Shown: in pieces, positions 1 to 7,456 of the stretch | How the letters are laid out: the number at the start of each line of letters is the position of its first letter | Position numbering within the stretch: the first letter of the stretch is position 1 | Source of the DNA: Candidatus Staskawiczbacteria bacterium RIFOXYC1_FULL_38_18 | Lineage (GTDB): Bacteria; Patescibacteriota; Minisyncoccia; Minisyncoccales; Staskawiczbacteraceae | Length of the DNA: 45,032 nt | Assembly: GCA_001822095.1 (NCBI GenBank) | Contig: MHPP01000032.1 | Coordinates: 1 to 45,032, forward strand | Direction: 5' to 3' | Translations under genes and position numbers: made by a program | Notes under the pieces: generated by a model | Seen by the model: only the letters and a program-made list of their open reading frames with translations | Told to the model about the DNA's origin: nothing | The model's database searches: none

Positions 1-129
1 AAAAAATCATACACTTTTAGAATTATTTATCGCTCGCCCGAAAGAACGCTGACTAATGAAGAAATAAATAAGATACAAGAAGAAATCCGTGAAAAAACAA
101 AAACCGACTTAAGCGTGGTTTTAAGATAA
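1..129 (+). CDS. Phenylalanyl-tRNA synthetase C-terminal ferredoxin-fold anticodon-binding (FDX-ACB) domain, 5'-truncated by the window edge
   Basis: Frame 1 reads KKSYTFRIIYRSPERTLTNEEINKIQEEIREKTKTDLSVVLR*, matching the FDX-ACB 'KS..FR..Y.S.ERTLT.EE' motif. PheT versus monomeric PheRS cannot be told apart from this fragment. Confidence 0.8.
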   Translation, partial: KKSYTFRIIYRSPERTLTNEEINKIQEEIREKTKTDLSVVLR

Positions 130-130
130 T

Positions 131-733
131 ATGAATTATGCGTTTATTGATTTTCAAAATACTGATACTACTACGAAGAAACTGCTTGGTTTTGCAATAG
201 ATTGGAAAAAGCTGTGTAATTTTTTGAAAAATAATTGGAAATGCGAAAAAGTGTTTTTGTATATTGGCGTTGACGACAGAGACTTGGAAATGGCAAAAAT
301 ATCTGAAGAACTGAAAAATAGCGGATTTATAGTAAGAGACAAAAAACTTTTTTCATATAAAAATAAAGACAAAGAAATAAATGTTTCCTGCCCAAAATGC
401 GGAAATAAATTTATAGAAAAAATTGATACGGGTTTTAACAAAAAAGCCAACTGCGATGTTGACTTAACGGTTGATGCTATGGATTTGGCAAAAAATGGAG
501 ATGTATTTTACATTTTTACCGGTGACGGAGATTTTGAATTTTTAATCAGAAATGTTATTTTAAAAGGAGTTAAAGCTTATATAATTTCAAGCGCAAAAAA
601 GATAATAATTAGAGACCGCTATTTTACATCACGACTCTCTAAGAAATTGAAAAACATATGTGGGGAGTTTCCCGGCAAAGCAAATTTGATTGAAATTAAC
701 GACCTAAAATTGAAAATTACAAATTTAAAGTAA
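131..733 (+). CDS. NYN-domain (LabA/DUF88, PIN-like) putative ribonuclease with inserted CxxC knuckle
   Basis: Motifs 'AFIDFQN', 'KANCDVDL.VD' and 'TGDGDF'; CPKCG insertion. Confidence 0.85.
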   Translation: MNYAFIDFQNTDTTTKKLLGFAIDWKKLCNFLKNNWKCEKVFLYIGVDDRDLEMAKISEELKNSGFIVRDKKLFSYKNKDKEINVSCPKCGNKFIEKIDTGFNKKANCDVDLTVDAMDLAKNGDVFYIFTGDGDFEFLIRNVILKGVKAYIISSAKKIIIRDRYFTSRLSKKLKNICGEFPGKANLIEINDLKLKITNLK

Positions 734-735
734 AG

Positions 736-762
736 GAAAACGCCGTACAGGCCGGCGTTTTC
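736..762. terminator. Hairpin, possible bidirectional terminator
   Basis: GAAAACGCCG-tacaggc-CGGCGTTTTC, a perfect 10-bp stem just after the NYN stop. Confidence 0.65.
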
Positions 763-774
763 TAATGCAACCTA

Positions 775-802
775 AGTATAGCAGATTAAGGGCCCTTGTC
801 AA
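775..802 (-). promoter_or_regulatory. Sigma70-like promoter pointing antisense toward the NYN gene
   Basis: Minus strand TTGACA-N16-TATACT with extended -10 (TGc TATACT). Confidence 0.6.
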
Positions 803-848
803 GAGTCAAAGGTTAAAAATAATTAAACGCAGTTTTAAGATAAGATCT

Positions 849-1118
849 ATGATTAATATTTTAGCAATCGGAGCAACTATCGCTGGTGTCGTTGCGATTC
901 TCGCCTATGTACCGCAGGTGGCTCACCTGATAAAAGTTAAGGATTCAAAAGGAATAAGTTTTGTGGCTTGGCTTACTTGGTTTTTATGTAATTTTATATT
1001 GCTAATTTACGCGGTTTCTATTAAAAACATTCCTTATGTCATAGTCTATTTTCTTTCTTGTTTAGCCAATTTAACAATTATTTTTTTAACGGCCAAATAT
1101 AAAAATAAAAAAGCATGA
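849..1118 (+). CDS. PQ-loop/SemiSWEET-like 3-TM transporter
   Basis: 'AYVPQV...KVKDSKGIS' PQ-loop motif and three hydrophobic segments. ATG 849 is preferred over 765. Confidence 0.75.
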   Translation: MINILAIGATIAGVVAILAYVPQVAHLIKVKDSKGISFVAWLTWFLCNFILLIYAVSIKNIPYVIVYFLSCLANLTIIFLTAKYKNKKA

Positions 1119-3268
1119 AACTAAACATAAAATCAACAGAAGAAAAAATTGAAAAGAAAGCGGTTGTAAAACCCGTCCCTAAAAAAGCCGAGCCTGTTAA
1201 GGTTGCAAAAGAAAAACTGGTTGAAAAGAAGGTTGAGAAAGTTGTTGCAGATAAGGGAGCGGAGCGGACGCTTACCCCGAGCAAAGGCGAGGGGAAAAAG
1301 GAGGAAAGAAAGACAGAGGTTGTAAAATCCGAGCCGAAGATAGAAGCAAAAAAAACAAGAAAAGAGGGTGAATACACAGCCAAGGATATTTATGTTTTGA
1401 AGGGATTGGAACCTGTAAGGTTAAGGCCGGGAATGTATATTGGTTCAACCGGAATTGACGGCTTGCATCACTTAATTTGGGAAGTTGTGGACAATTGTTT
1501 GGACGAAGCAATGGCAGGATACGCCAAGGAAATTGAAGTTGTTTTGTTGCCGGAAAACCGTGTAAGGGTTTCCGACGACGGCAGGGGAATCCCTGTCGAA
1601 AAGCACCCCGACACAGGCAAATCTACTTTGGAAACGGTTTTGACAACCTTGCATGCGGGCGGAAAATTTGGGGGAGAGGCTTATAAGGTTTCCGGAGGTT
1701 TGCATGGAGTGGGTATTTCGGTTGTGTGTGCATTGTCCACCTATATGCTGGCTCATGTTGAAAGAGATGGCGGAATTTATGAGCAGGAATATATGAGAGG
1801 GGTTCCAAGAGGCTCTGTTAAAAAAGTCGGCGAGTCAAAAAAAACCGGGACAACACAAACTTTTGAATATGACGACACAATTTTTTCGGGCGAGCTAAAA
1901 TATGATCCCAAAAGAGTTCTAAGTCATTTACGTCAGCAGGCATATCTAACAAAAGGAGTTAAAATAATTTTTCGCGACGAAAGAAAAAAAGAAGAAGAGT
2001 CCTCGTATGTGTTTTATTTTGAAGGGGGGGTGGGCTCGTATGTAAAATATTTGGTTCAAGGAAACCATGCAAGGCATCCCAATATTTTTTCAATTTCTAT
2101 CGAAAAAGATAATATTGCAGTTGAAGCGGCTTTTCAGTACACACAAGAAATGGAATGTACGGAAGAATCTTTCGCAAATAATATTTACACTGTTGAGGGC
2201 GGAACGCACATTTCAGGATTTAGAACAGCTTTAACAAGATCCTTAAACGATTACGCCAGGCGCGAAGGGTTTTTAAAGGAAAAAGATGAAAATTTTTCAG
2301 GAGATGATGTAAGGGAGGGATTAACCGCGGTTGTTTCGGTAAAAATAAGAACTCCGCAATTTGAAGGCCAGACAAAAGCAAAATTGGGAAATCCGGAAGC
2401 AAAGCCCGCTGTTGAAGCAGCCACCGCCGAAGGATTGTCTGACTATTTAGAAAGAAATCCAAGCGATGCCAGGGCAATTGTTGAAAACTGTTTGCTGGCA
2501 ACAAAAGCAAGATTGGCCGCAAAAGCTGCGCGCCAGACGGTTTTAAGAAAGGGAGCTTTGGAGGGATTGGCCTTGCCCGGAAAGCTTGCAGATTGTTTGT
2601 CCAGAAACCCCGAAGATTCAGAAATTTATATTGTTGAGGGAGACTCCGCCGGAGGTTCGTCAAAACAGGCCAGAGACAGGAGATTTCAGGCAATTTTGCC
2701 GTTAAGGGGAAAGATTTTGAATGTTGAGAGAGCAAGGCTGGACAAAATGCTGGCCTCAAAAGAAATTAAAGCGCTTATTATTGCCATGGGAACCGGAATT
2801 GGCGAAGATTTTAATATTGAAAAATTAAGATATCACAGAATTGTAATTATGACCGACGCTGACGTTGACGGAGCGCACATTAGGACACTGCTTTTAACAT
2901 TTTTTTATAGGCACTTTAAGCCCGTTGTTGACGCGGGACACATTTATATCGCCCAACCCCCTTTGTATAAAATTTCTTTTGGCAAAACAGCCCAGTATGC
3001 GTATTCGGACGGCCAGCGAGATAAAATTATAAAAGATATGGGTAAAGCAACGGCTTCAATACAGAGATATAAAGGTTTGGGAGAAATGAATCCCGAACAG
3101 CTTTGGGAAACAACAATGAATCCGGAAAACAGGACATTGCTTCAGGTTGCAGTTGAGGAAGCTCACGAAGCAGATAAAACTTTAGATATATTAATGGGGG
3201 AGGAAGTTGAGCCCAGAAAGAAGTTTATCCAAACTCACGCTAAAGCCGCCAAAAATATTGACATATAG
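1115..3268 (+). CDS. gyrB: DNA gyrase subunit B, with Lys/Glu-rich N-terminal extension
   Basis: 'RPGMYIGST', 'GGLHGVG', 'VEGDSAGG', 'PLRGKILN', 'DADVDG' and 'RYKGLGEMN' motifs. Confidence 0.96.
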   Translation: MKLNIKSTEEKIEKKAVVKPVPKKAEPVKVAKEKLVEKKVEKVVADKGAERTLTPSKGEGKKEERKTEVVKSEPKIEAKKTRKEGEYTAKDIYVLKGLEPVRLRPGMYIGSTGIDGLHHLIWEVVDNCLDEAMAGYAKEIEVVLLPENRVRVSDDGRGIPVEKHPDTGKSTLETVLTTLHAGGKFGGEAYKVSGGLHGVGISVVCALSTYMLAHVERDGGIYEQEYMRGVPRGSVKKVGESKKTGTTQTFEYDDTIFSGELKYDPKRVLSHLRQQAYLTKGVKIIFRDERKKEEESSYVFYFEGGVGSYVKYLVQGNHARHPNIFSISIEKDNIAVEAAFQYTQEMECTEESFANNIYTVEGGTHISGFRTALTRSLNDYARREGFLKEKDENFSGDDVREGLTAVVSVKIRTPQFEGQTKAKLGNPEAKPAVEAATAEGLSDYLERNPSDARAIVENCLLATKARLAAKAARQTVLRKGALEGLALPGKLADCLSRNPEDSEIYIVEGDSAGGSSKQARDRRFQAILPLRGKILNVERARLDKMLASKEIKALIIAMGTGIGEDFNIEKLRYHRIVIMTDADVDGAHIRTLLLTFFYRHFKPVVDAGHIYIAQPPLYKISFGKTAQYAYSDGQRDKIIKDMGKATASIQRYKGLGEMNPEQLWETTMNPENRTLLQVAVEEAHEADKTLDILMGEEVEPRKKFIQTHAKAAKNIDI
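1275..1294. repeat. REP-like palindrome in the gyrB N-terminal extension
   Basis: CCCCGAGCAAAGGCGAGGGG resembles the CCCTGAGCGTAGCCGAAGGG element at 20332; it encodes TPSKGEG. Confidence 0.45.
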
Positions 3269-3286
3269 TTTTAAAGGTGCTATACT
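3258..3286 (+). promoter_or_regulatory. Sigma70 promoter overlapping the gyrB 3' end
   Basis: TTGACA-N17-TATACT with TG extended -10. Confidence 0.8.
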
Positions 3287-3344
3287 AAATATAGCCCCTT
3301 TTCGGCAGTTTCTTTCACCATTTTTTTAACGCGGAGGATTTTGT

Positions 3345-3488
3345 ATGTGCCAGCCCGATCAAGACACCGTCCTGGAGCCATTCGCCAATGCCTATGACGA
3401 GGAGGACCGGCACGGGCAAATGGGCGAAGAGCCGGAGGATATGGCTCCGTCAGAACGCAACCCCCATCGGGATTTTTTGGACAGCTAA
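3345..3488 (+). CDS. 47-aa acidic orphan peptide (not in the ORF track)
   Basis: GGAGG SD 7 nt upstream. Translates to MCQPDQDTVLEPFANAYDEEDRHGQMGEEPEDMAPSERNPHRDFLDS*, bracketed by a promoter and a terminator. Confidence 0.6.
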   Translation: MCQPDQDTVLEPFANAYDEEDRHGQMGEEPEDMAPSERNPHRDFLDS

Positions 3489-3510
3489 AGTCCCACTGGG
3501 CCGGGACTAT

Positions 3511-3570
3511 GCCCTGTGCGCACACGAGTTAACTCTCGTCTTGTGTGTCACAGGGCTCTTTTTTTTATTT
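3511..3570 (+). terminator. Long-stem intrinsic terminator
   Basis: GCCCTGTG...CACAGGGC closing an inner ACGAG/CTCGT stem, followed by a T tract. Preceded by an AGTCCC/GGGACT hairpin. Confidence 0.75.
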
Positions 3571-3594
3571 TCAAAAAATGCTTAAATAAAATAT

Positions 3595-4344
3595 ATGTCG
3601 CGCTGGTACACTCCTAAAAAAACAACCGGTTTATATGATGGCTCGAAATCCGAGCCGTTTAAATTATCTCGTTCAAAAATAGAATATTTTTTGGAATGTC
3701 CTAAATGTTTTTACGTTGACAGAAAATTGGGAATAAGCAGGCCAAATGGATTTCCGTTTAATTTGAATATGGCGGTTGATATCCTTTTAAAACAGGAATT
3801 TGATATTTATCGCGAAAAGGCTCTGGCGCACCCGTTGATAAAAAACTACAAAGTTGACGCAATTCCCGCAAAGCACGAAAAAATTGATGAATGGAGAAAC
3901 ACCTTAAGGGGCATCCAATTTTTGCACCAGCCCACAAATTTTTTAATAACCGGAGCAATTGACGACCTCTGGCAAAACTCAAAAGGGGAGTATATTGTGG
4001 TGGATTACAAGGCAACCGCAAAATTTGGAGACATAAAGGAGTTGGATAAGTCTTGGCATGAATGCTATAAGCGCCAGATGGAAATTTACCAGTGGCTTTT
4101 TCGTCAAAACGGATTTAATGTTTCAGACACGGGATATTTTGTTTACTGCAACGGAAAAACCTACAACAGAATTTTTAACGCAAAACTGGAATTTGACGTA
4201 ACTTTAATTCCATACACCGGAAATGGGGACTGGATAGAGAAAACTGTTTTGGATATTCACAAATGCCTTAATTCCGACCAAATTCCGGAATCAAATTCAG
4301 AATGCGACTACTGCAATTATGTTAAAACAGTTAACGAAGGCTAA
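3595..4344 (+). CDS. PD-(D/E)XK nuclease superfamily protein (RecB/AddB/Cas4-like)
   Basis: 'LSRSKI..F.ECPKCF', 'GAIDDL', 'VVDYKAT', 'QMEIY' and C-terminal CDYC. Confidence 0.85.
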   Translation: MSRWYTPKKTTGLYDGSKSEPFKLSRSKIEYFLECPKCFYVDRKLGISRPNGFPFNLNMAVDILLKQEFDIYREKALAHPLIKNYKVDAIPAKHEKIDEWRNTLRGIQFLHQPTNFLITGAIDDLWQNSKGEYIVVDYKATAKFGDIKELDKSWHECYKRQMEIYQWLFRQNGFNVSDTGYFVYCNGKTYNRIFNAKLEFDVTLIPYTGNGDWIEKTVLDIHKCLNSDQIPESNSECDYCNYVKTVNEG

Positions 4345-5368
4345 AAAAAGGGTTTTTGTGGCGATGTCAGGAGGCGTGGACAGTTCGGTTTCTGCGGCTT
4401 TGCTGAAGAAGGCCGGTTTTGATATAGTTGGAGTTTATATGCGCCAGTGGGCACCCCCAATTTTGGGAAAAGAATGCATTTGGAAAACAGACCGGCAGGA
4501 CGCAATGAAGGTTTGCGCAAAATTGGGCATTCCGTTTTTAACATGGGACTTTTCAAAAGAATATGAAAAAGAGGTTGGTAAATATATGATTGAATCCTAT
4601 AAAAAAGGAATTACGCCTAATCCGGATGTTATGTGCAATAAAATTATAAAATTTGGATTGTTTTTTGACAGGGCAATGAAAGGGGGCGCAGACTATGTTG
4701 CCACAGGACATTATGCGCGCACTTCGCTCGGCAACAAACTTTTTAAAGCAAAAGATAAAAACAAAGACCAAACGTATTTTTTATACACAATTAAAAAAAG
4801 TCAATTAAGCAAGATAATTTTTCCAGTTGGGAATTTAGAGAAGCCCGAAGTTAGAAAATTGGCCAAAAAATTTGGTTTGCAAAACGCAGAAAAAAAAGAC
4901 AGCCAAGGAGTCTGCTTTGTCGGGCAGTTTAACATGAAAGAGTTTTTAAAAATGTATATAAAATCAAAAATCGGTAAAATAATTGATGTAAACGGCGAAT
5001 ATGTGGGAGACCATGACGGCGCTTTCTATTATACAATAGGGCAAAGGCATGGCCTAGATATCAAAAACGGGCAAGGGCCATATTTTGTGGTAAGAAAAGA
5101 CATTAAAAAAAATATAATATACGTGGGCAGGGAAAAAGACTTGCATTCGTCAAAAGCCGAAATTAAAAATATAAATTGGATTCAAAAACCCAAAAAGTTT
5201 CCGGCATTGCTTGATGTTCGCGCAAGATACAGGGCGCCGTTGATAAAAGCCGAACTAAAAAAAGACGGCACGCTAAATTTCAAGAAACCAGAGCGCGCCA
5301 TAACTCCCGGCCAATCAGCGGTTTTTTATAGGGGCAAGCATGTCCTTGGTGGCGGAATAATCTGTTGA
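4319..5368 (+). CDS. mnmA: tRNA-specific 2-thiouridylase MnmA
   Basis: 'AMSGGVDSS', 'TPNPDVMCN', 'ATGHYAR', 'KDQTYFL', 'DSQGVCF' and 'TPGQSAVFY'. Confidence 0.96.
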   Translation: MLKQLTKAKKRVFVAMSGGVDSSVSAALLKKAGFDIVGVYMRQWAPPILGKECIWKTDRQDAMKVCAKLGIPFLTWDFSKEYEKEVGKYMIESYKKGITPNPDVMCNKIIKFGLFFDRAMKGGADYVATGHYARTSLGNKLFKAKDKNKDQTYFLYTIKKSQLSKIIFPVGNLEKPEVRKLAKKFGLQNAEKKDSQGVCFVGQFNMKEFLKMYIKSKIGKIIDVNGEYVGDHDGAFYYTIGQRHGLDIKNGQGPYFVVRKDIKKNIIYVGREKDLHSSKAEIKNINWIQKPKKFPALLDVRARYRAPLIKAELKKDGTLNFKKPERAITPGQSAVFYRGKHVLGGGIIC

Positions 5369-5417
5369 CAGGGATGTTTTGCCTGATATAATGAACCTAT
5401 ACCATAGGTGCAGGTAT
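5365..5417 (+). promoter_or_regulatory. Copper operon promoter with CsoR-type operator
   Basis: TTGACA (5365)-N16-TATAAT (5387); inverted repeat ATACC-N9-GGTAT (5399-5417) of the TACC...GGTA CsoR type. Confidence 0.7.
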
Positions 5418-5485
5418 TTAATTAAAAATTAATAAAATTCTGGTATTTGTATAAATGAATAAATAAAAATTAATTAACAAAAATT

Positions 5486-5761
5486 ATGTCGGAAACCAAC
5501 AAAGAAAAAGCATTGATAAATTTTAAAAAGGCGCATTCTCTTTTGGCCAGAATTATTGGCATGACTGAAAAGGGCGAATACTGCGTTGATATTATGCAAC
5601 AGGATTTGGCTGCCATAGGGCTTTTAAGGTCAGCCCATGAACTATTAATGGAAAATCATTTAAATTCGTGTTTTAAAACCGCGATGGCTTCGCAAAATGA
5701 TAGGAAGAGAAAGGAGATGACCAATGAAATACTTAAGGTTACAAAGTTGTTTAACAAATAA
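5486..5761 (+). CDS. csoR: CsoR/RcnR-family metal-sensing repressor
   Basis: 'YCVDIMQQ' and 'ENHLNSC' Cys-His-Cys fingerprint; upstream of copA. Confidence 0.9.
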   Translation: MSETNKEKALINFKKAHSLLARIIGMTEKGEYCVDIMQQDLAAIGLLRSAHELLMENHLNSCFKTAMASQNDRKRKEMTNEILKVTKLFNK

Positions 5762-5766
5762 GAATT

Positions 5767-7224
5767 ATGAAAGAACACGTTTACAAAGTTGACGGGATGC
5801 ATTGCGCTTCGTGCGAAATTTTGATAGAGAAAAAACTTTTAGAAATTCAAAATATCAAATCTGTTGATGCATCCACATCCAAGGGGCAGGTGGTTGTGGA
5901 ATATGAGGGCGACAGGCCAAACCCCGAGAGATTGAGTAAAATGTTTAAGGAGGAAAACTATAGGTTCGCAGATATAAATAGCAAAAATCTGGATTCCCGC
6001 CTTCCCGCCTCCGCCGAAAGCTTCGGCGAGGCAAGGCGTGGGAATGACAAAAAAACGGCAGACGGGAAAACAAATACGACCTTGGTGGCTTTTAACTTCG
6101 CTATTTTTTTGATAATTGCCTTTTTATTTTTGCAGAAGCTGGGGATAGCTGATTTTATGCGAATAAGTTCTGCGTCCTCTCTGATGGCTTTTTTTGGATT
6201 TGGGATTTTGGCCGGGATCTCTTCTTGCGCGGCTCTGGTTGGTGGAATTGTTTTATCAATGTCAAAACAGTGGAATGACTTGTATTCTGAAACCTCCCAG
6301 CCACAGGTTGGTTCGTCCTGGGCGGGGAAAAAGCTTCAGCCCCATATTATGTTTAATTTGGGAAGGGTTGTTTCGTACGTTGTTTTGGGCGGAGTTTTGG
6401 GAATTATTGGAAGCCGGCTGCAAATTTCCCCGCAGTTTACAGCGTTTTTAATTATAGCGATATCGTTTTTGATGATTACCTTGGGGCTTCAAATGCTTGG
6501 AGTAAAAGCGTTCAGGAAGTTTCAAATTACAGCTCCAAAATCCGCAACAAGGTTCGTTTCAAATGAAAATAATTTTCATGGCAGAAACATGCCGTTTATT
6601 ATGGGAGCTTTAACTTTTTTTATTCCTTGCGGATTTACCATTACGGCCCAAAGTTTAGCTTTGCTTTCGGGAAATATTTTTCAAGGGGCATTAATAATGG
6701 GATTCTTTGCCCTTGGCACGGTTCCAATGCTTTTATTTATCGGGTTATCATCTGTTAGGTTTTCTTCAAAACCGCATACAGCGGAAAAGTTTTCCAAAAT
6801 TGCCGGATTTTTAGTTTTATTTTTTGCACTTTTCAATATTTCAAGTCAAATGAACGTTTTGGGTTTTACCGGGTTTAATAATATAGTTGCTTCAAGTCAA
6901 ACTCAAAATGTAAAGGTTAACGAAAAAGACCTGCCTTCAATTGTTGACGGTAAACAGGTTATTAAAATGACTGCTTATAGCAACAGAGATGTGCCTAATT
7001 ATTTTAAAGTGAGGGGGGGAGTTCCGGTAAGGTGGGAAATTACCGCAGATGAATCGGCGGGAGGTTGCAACAGTTCAATTATTTCCAGCAGCTTATTTGC
7101 GGGGGCAATTCCCTTGACTCCCGGACAGCTCTCAGTAAAAGAGTTTACTCCGCAAAGGGCAGGTAAATTCCGGTTTTCCTGCCAAATGGGAATGATTACA
7201 GGTATAATAGAAGTTGTAAATTAA
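5767..7224 (+). CDS. HMA + DsbD_2/TauE-like membrane domain + C-terminal cupredoxin-like domain protein
   Basis: N-terminal GMHCASC; TM region with 'SSCAALVGG' and 'FIPCG'; C-terminal 'FSCQMGM'. Confidence 0.85.
   Translation: MKEHVYKVDGMHCASCEILIEKKLLEIQNIKSVDASTSKGQVVVEYEGDRPNPERLSKMFKEENYRFADINSKNLDSRLPASAESFGEARRGNDKKTADGKTNTTLVAFNFAIFLIIAFLFLQKLGIADFMRISSASSLMAFFGFGILAGISSCAALVGGIVLSMSKQWNDLYSETSQPQVGSSWAGKKLQPHIMFNLGRVVSYVVLGGVLGIIGSRLQISPQFTAFLIIAISFLMITLGLQMLGVKAFRKFQITAPKSATRFVSNENNFHGRNMPFIMGALTFFIPCGFTITAQSLALLSGNIFQGALIMGFFALGTVPMLLFIGLSSVRFSSKPHTAEKFSKIAGFLVLFFALFNISSQMNVLGFTGFNNIVASSQTQNVKVNEKDLPSIVDGKQVIKMTAYSNRDVPNYFKVRGGVPVRWEITADESAGGCNSSIISSSLFAGAIPLTPGQLSVKEFTPQRAGKFRFSCQMGMITGIIEVVN
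5989..6048. repeat. Nested REP-like palindromes inserted in frame
   Basis: Outer CTGGATTCCCGCCTT...CGTGGGAATGAC interrupted by a 33-nt inner hairpin CCCGCCTCCGCCGAAAGCTTCGGCGAGGCAAGG. Confidence 0.75.
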
Positions 7225-7231
7225 AAAAAAT

Positions 7232-7456
7232 ATGAAAGTTACTGAAAAAACAACACTAAAAAAAATATTAAACAAAAAAAACGTGGAGGAGATTTTGGCG
7301 AAAAACGGTGTGCCTTGTTTATCGTGCCCAATGGCGCAGTTTGAGATTGATAAATTAGAAATTGGAGAAGTTTGTAAAATGTATGATTTGGATCTGGAAA
7401 AAATCTTAAAAGAATTAAACCTGCCTGACGGCAGACGGGTAAAAAATAATGGATAA
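7232..7456 (+). CDS. DUF1858-like small CxxC protein
   Basis: '[10 protein letters not shown]...[20 protein letters not shown]' pattern. Confidence 0.7.
   Translation: MKVTEKTTLKKILNKKNVEEILAKNGVPCLSCPMAQFEIDKLEIGEVCKMYDLDLEKILKELNLPDGRRVKNNG
7420..7439. repeat. Short imperfect palindrome (CCTGCCTG-type) at the ORF 3' end
   Basis: CCTGCCTGACGGCAGACGGG, a GC island in AT-rich context. Confidence 0.45.

Noticed and set aside
3280-3585. 81-aa (minus) and 65-aa (plus) ORFs from the track
   Set aside because: Both run through the terminator hairpin and lack an SD; the 47-aa frame at 3345 fits the signals.
3595-4344. Cas4 / CRISPR-Cas locus
   Set aside because: No other cas genes and no repeat-spacer array in the window; treated as a stand-alone PD-(D/E)XK nuclease.
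4715-4732. REP remnant (ACTTCGCTCGGC) in mnmA
   Set aside because: Too short to distinguish from chance.
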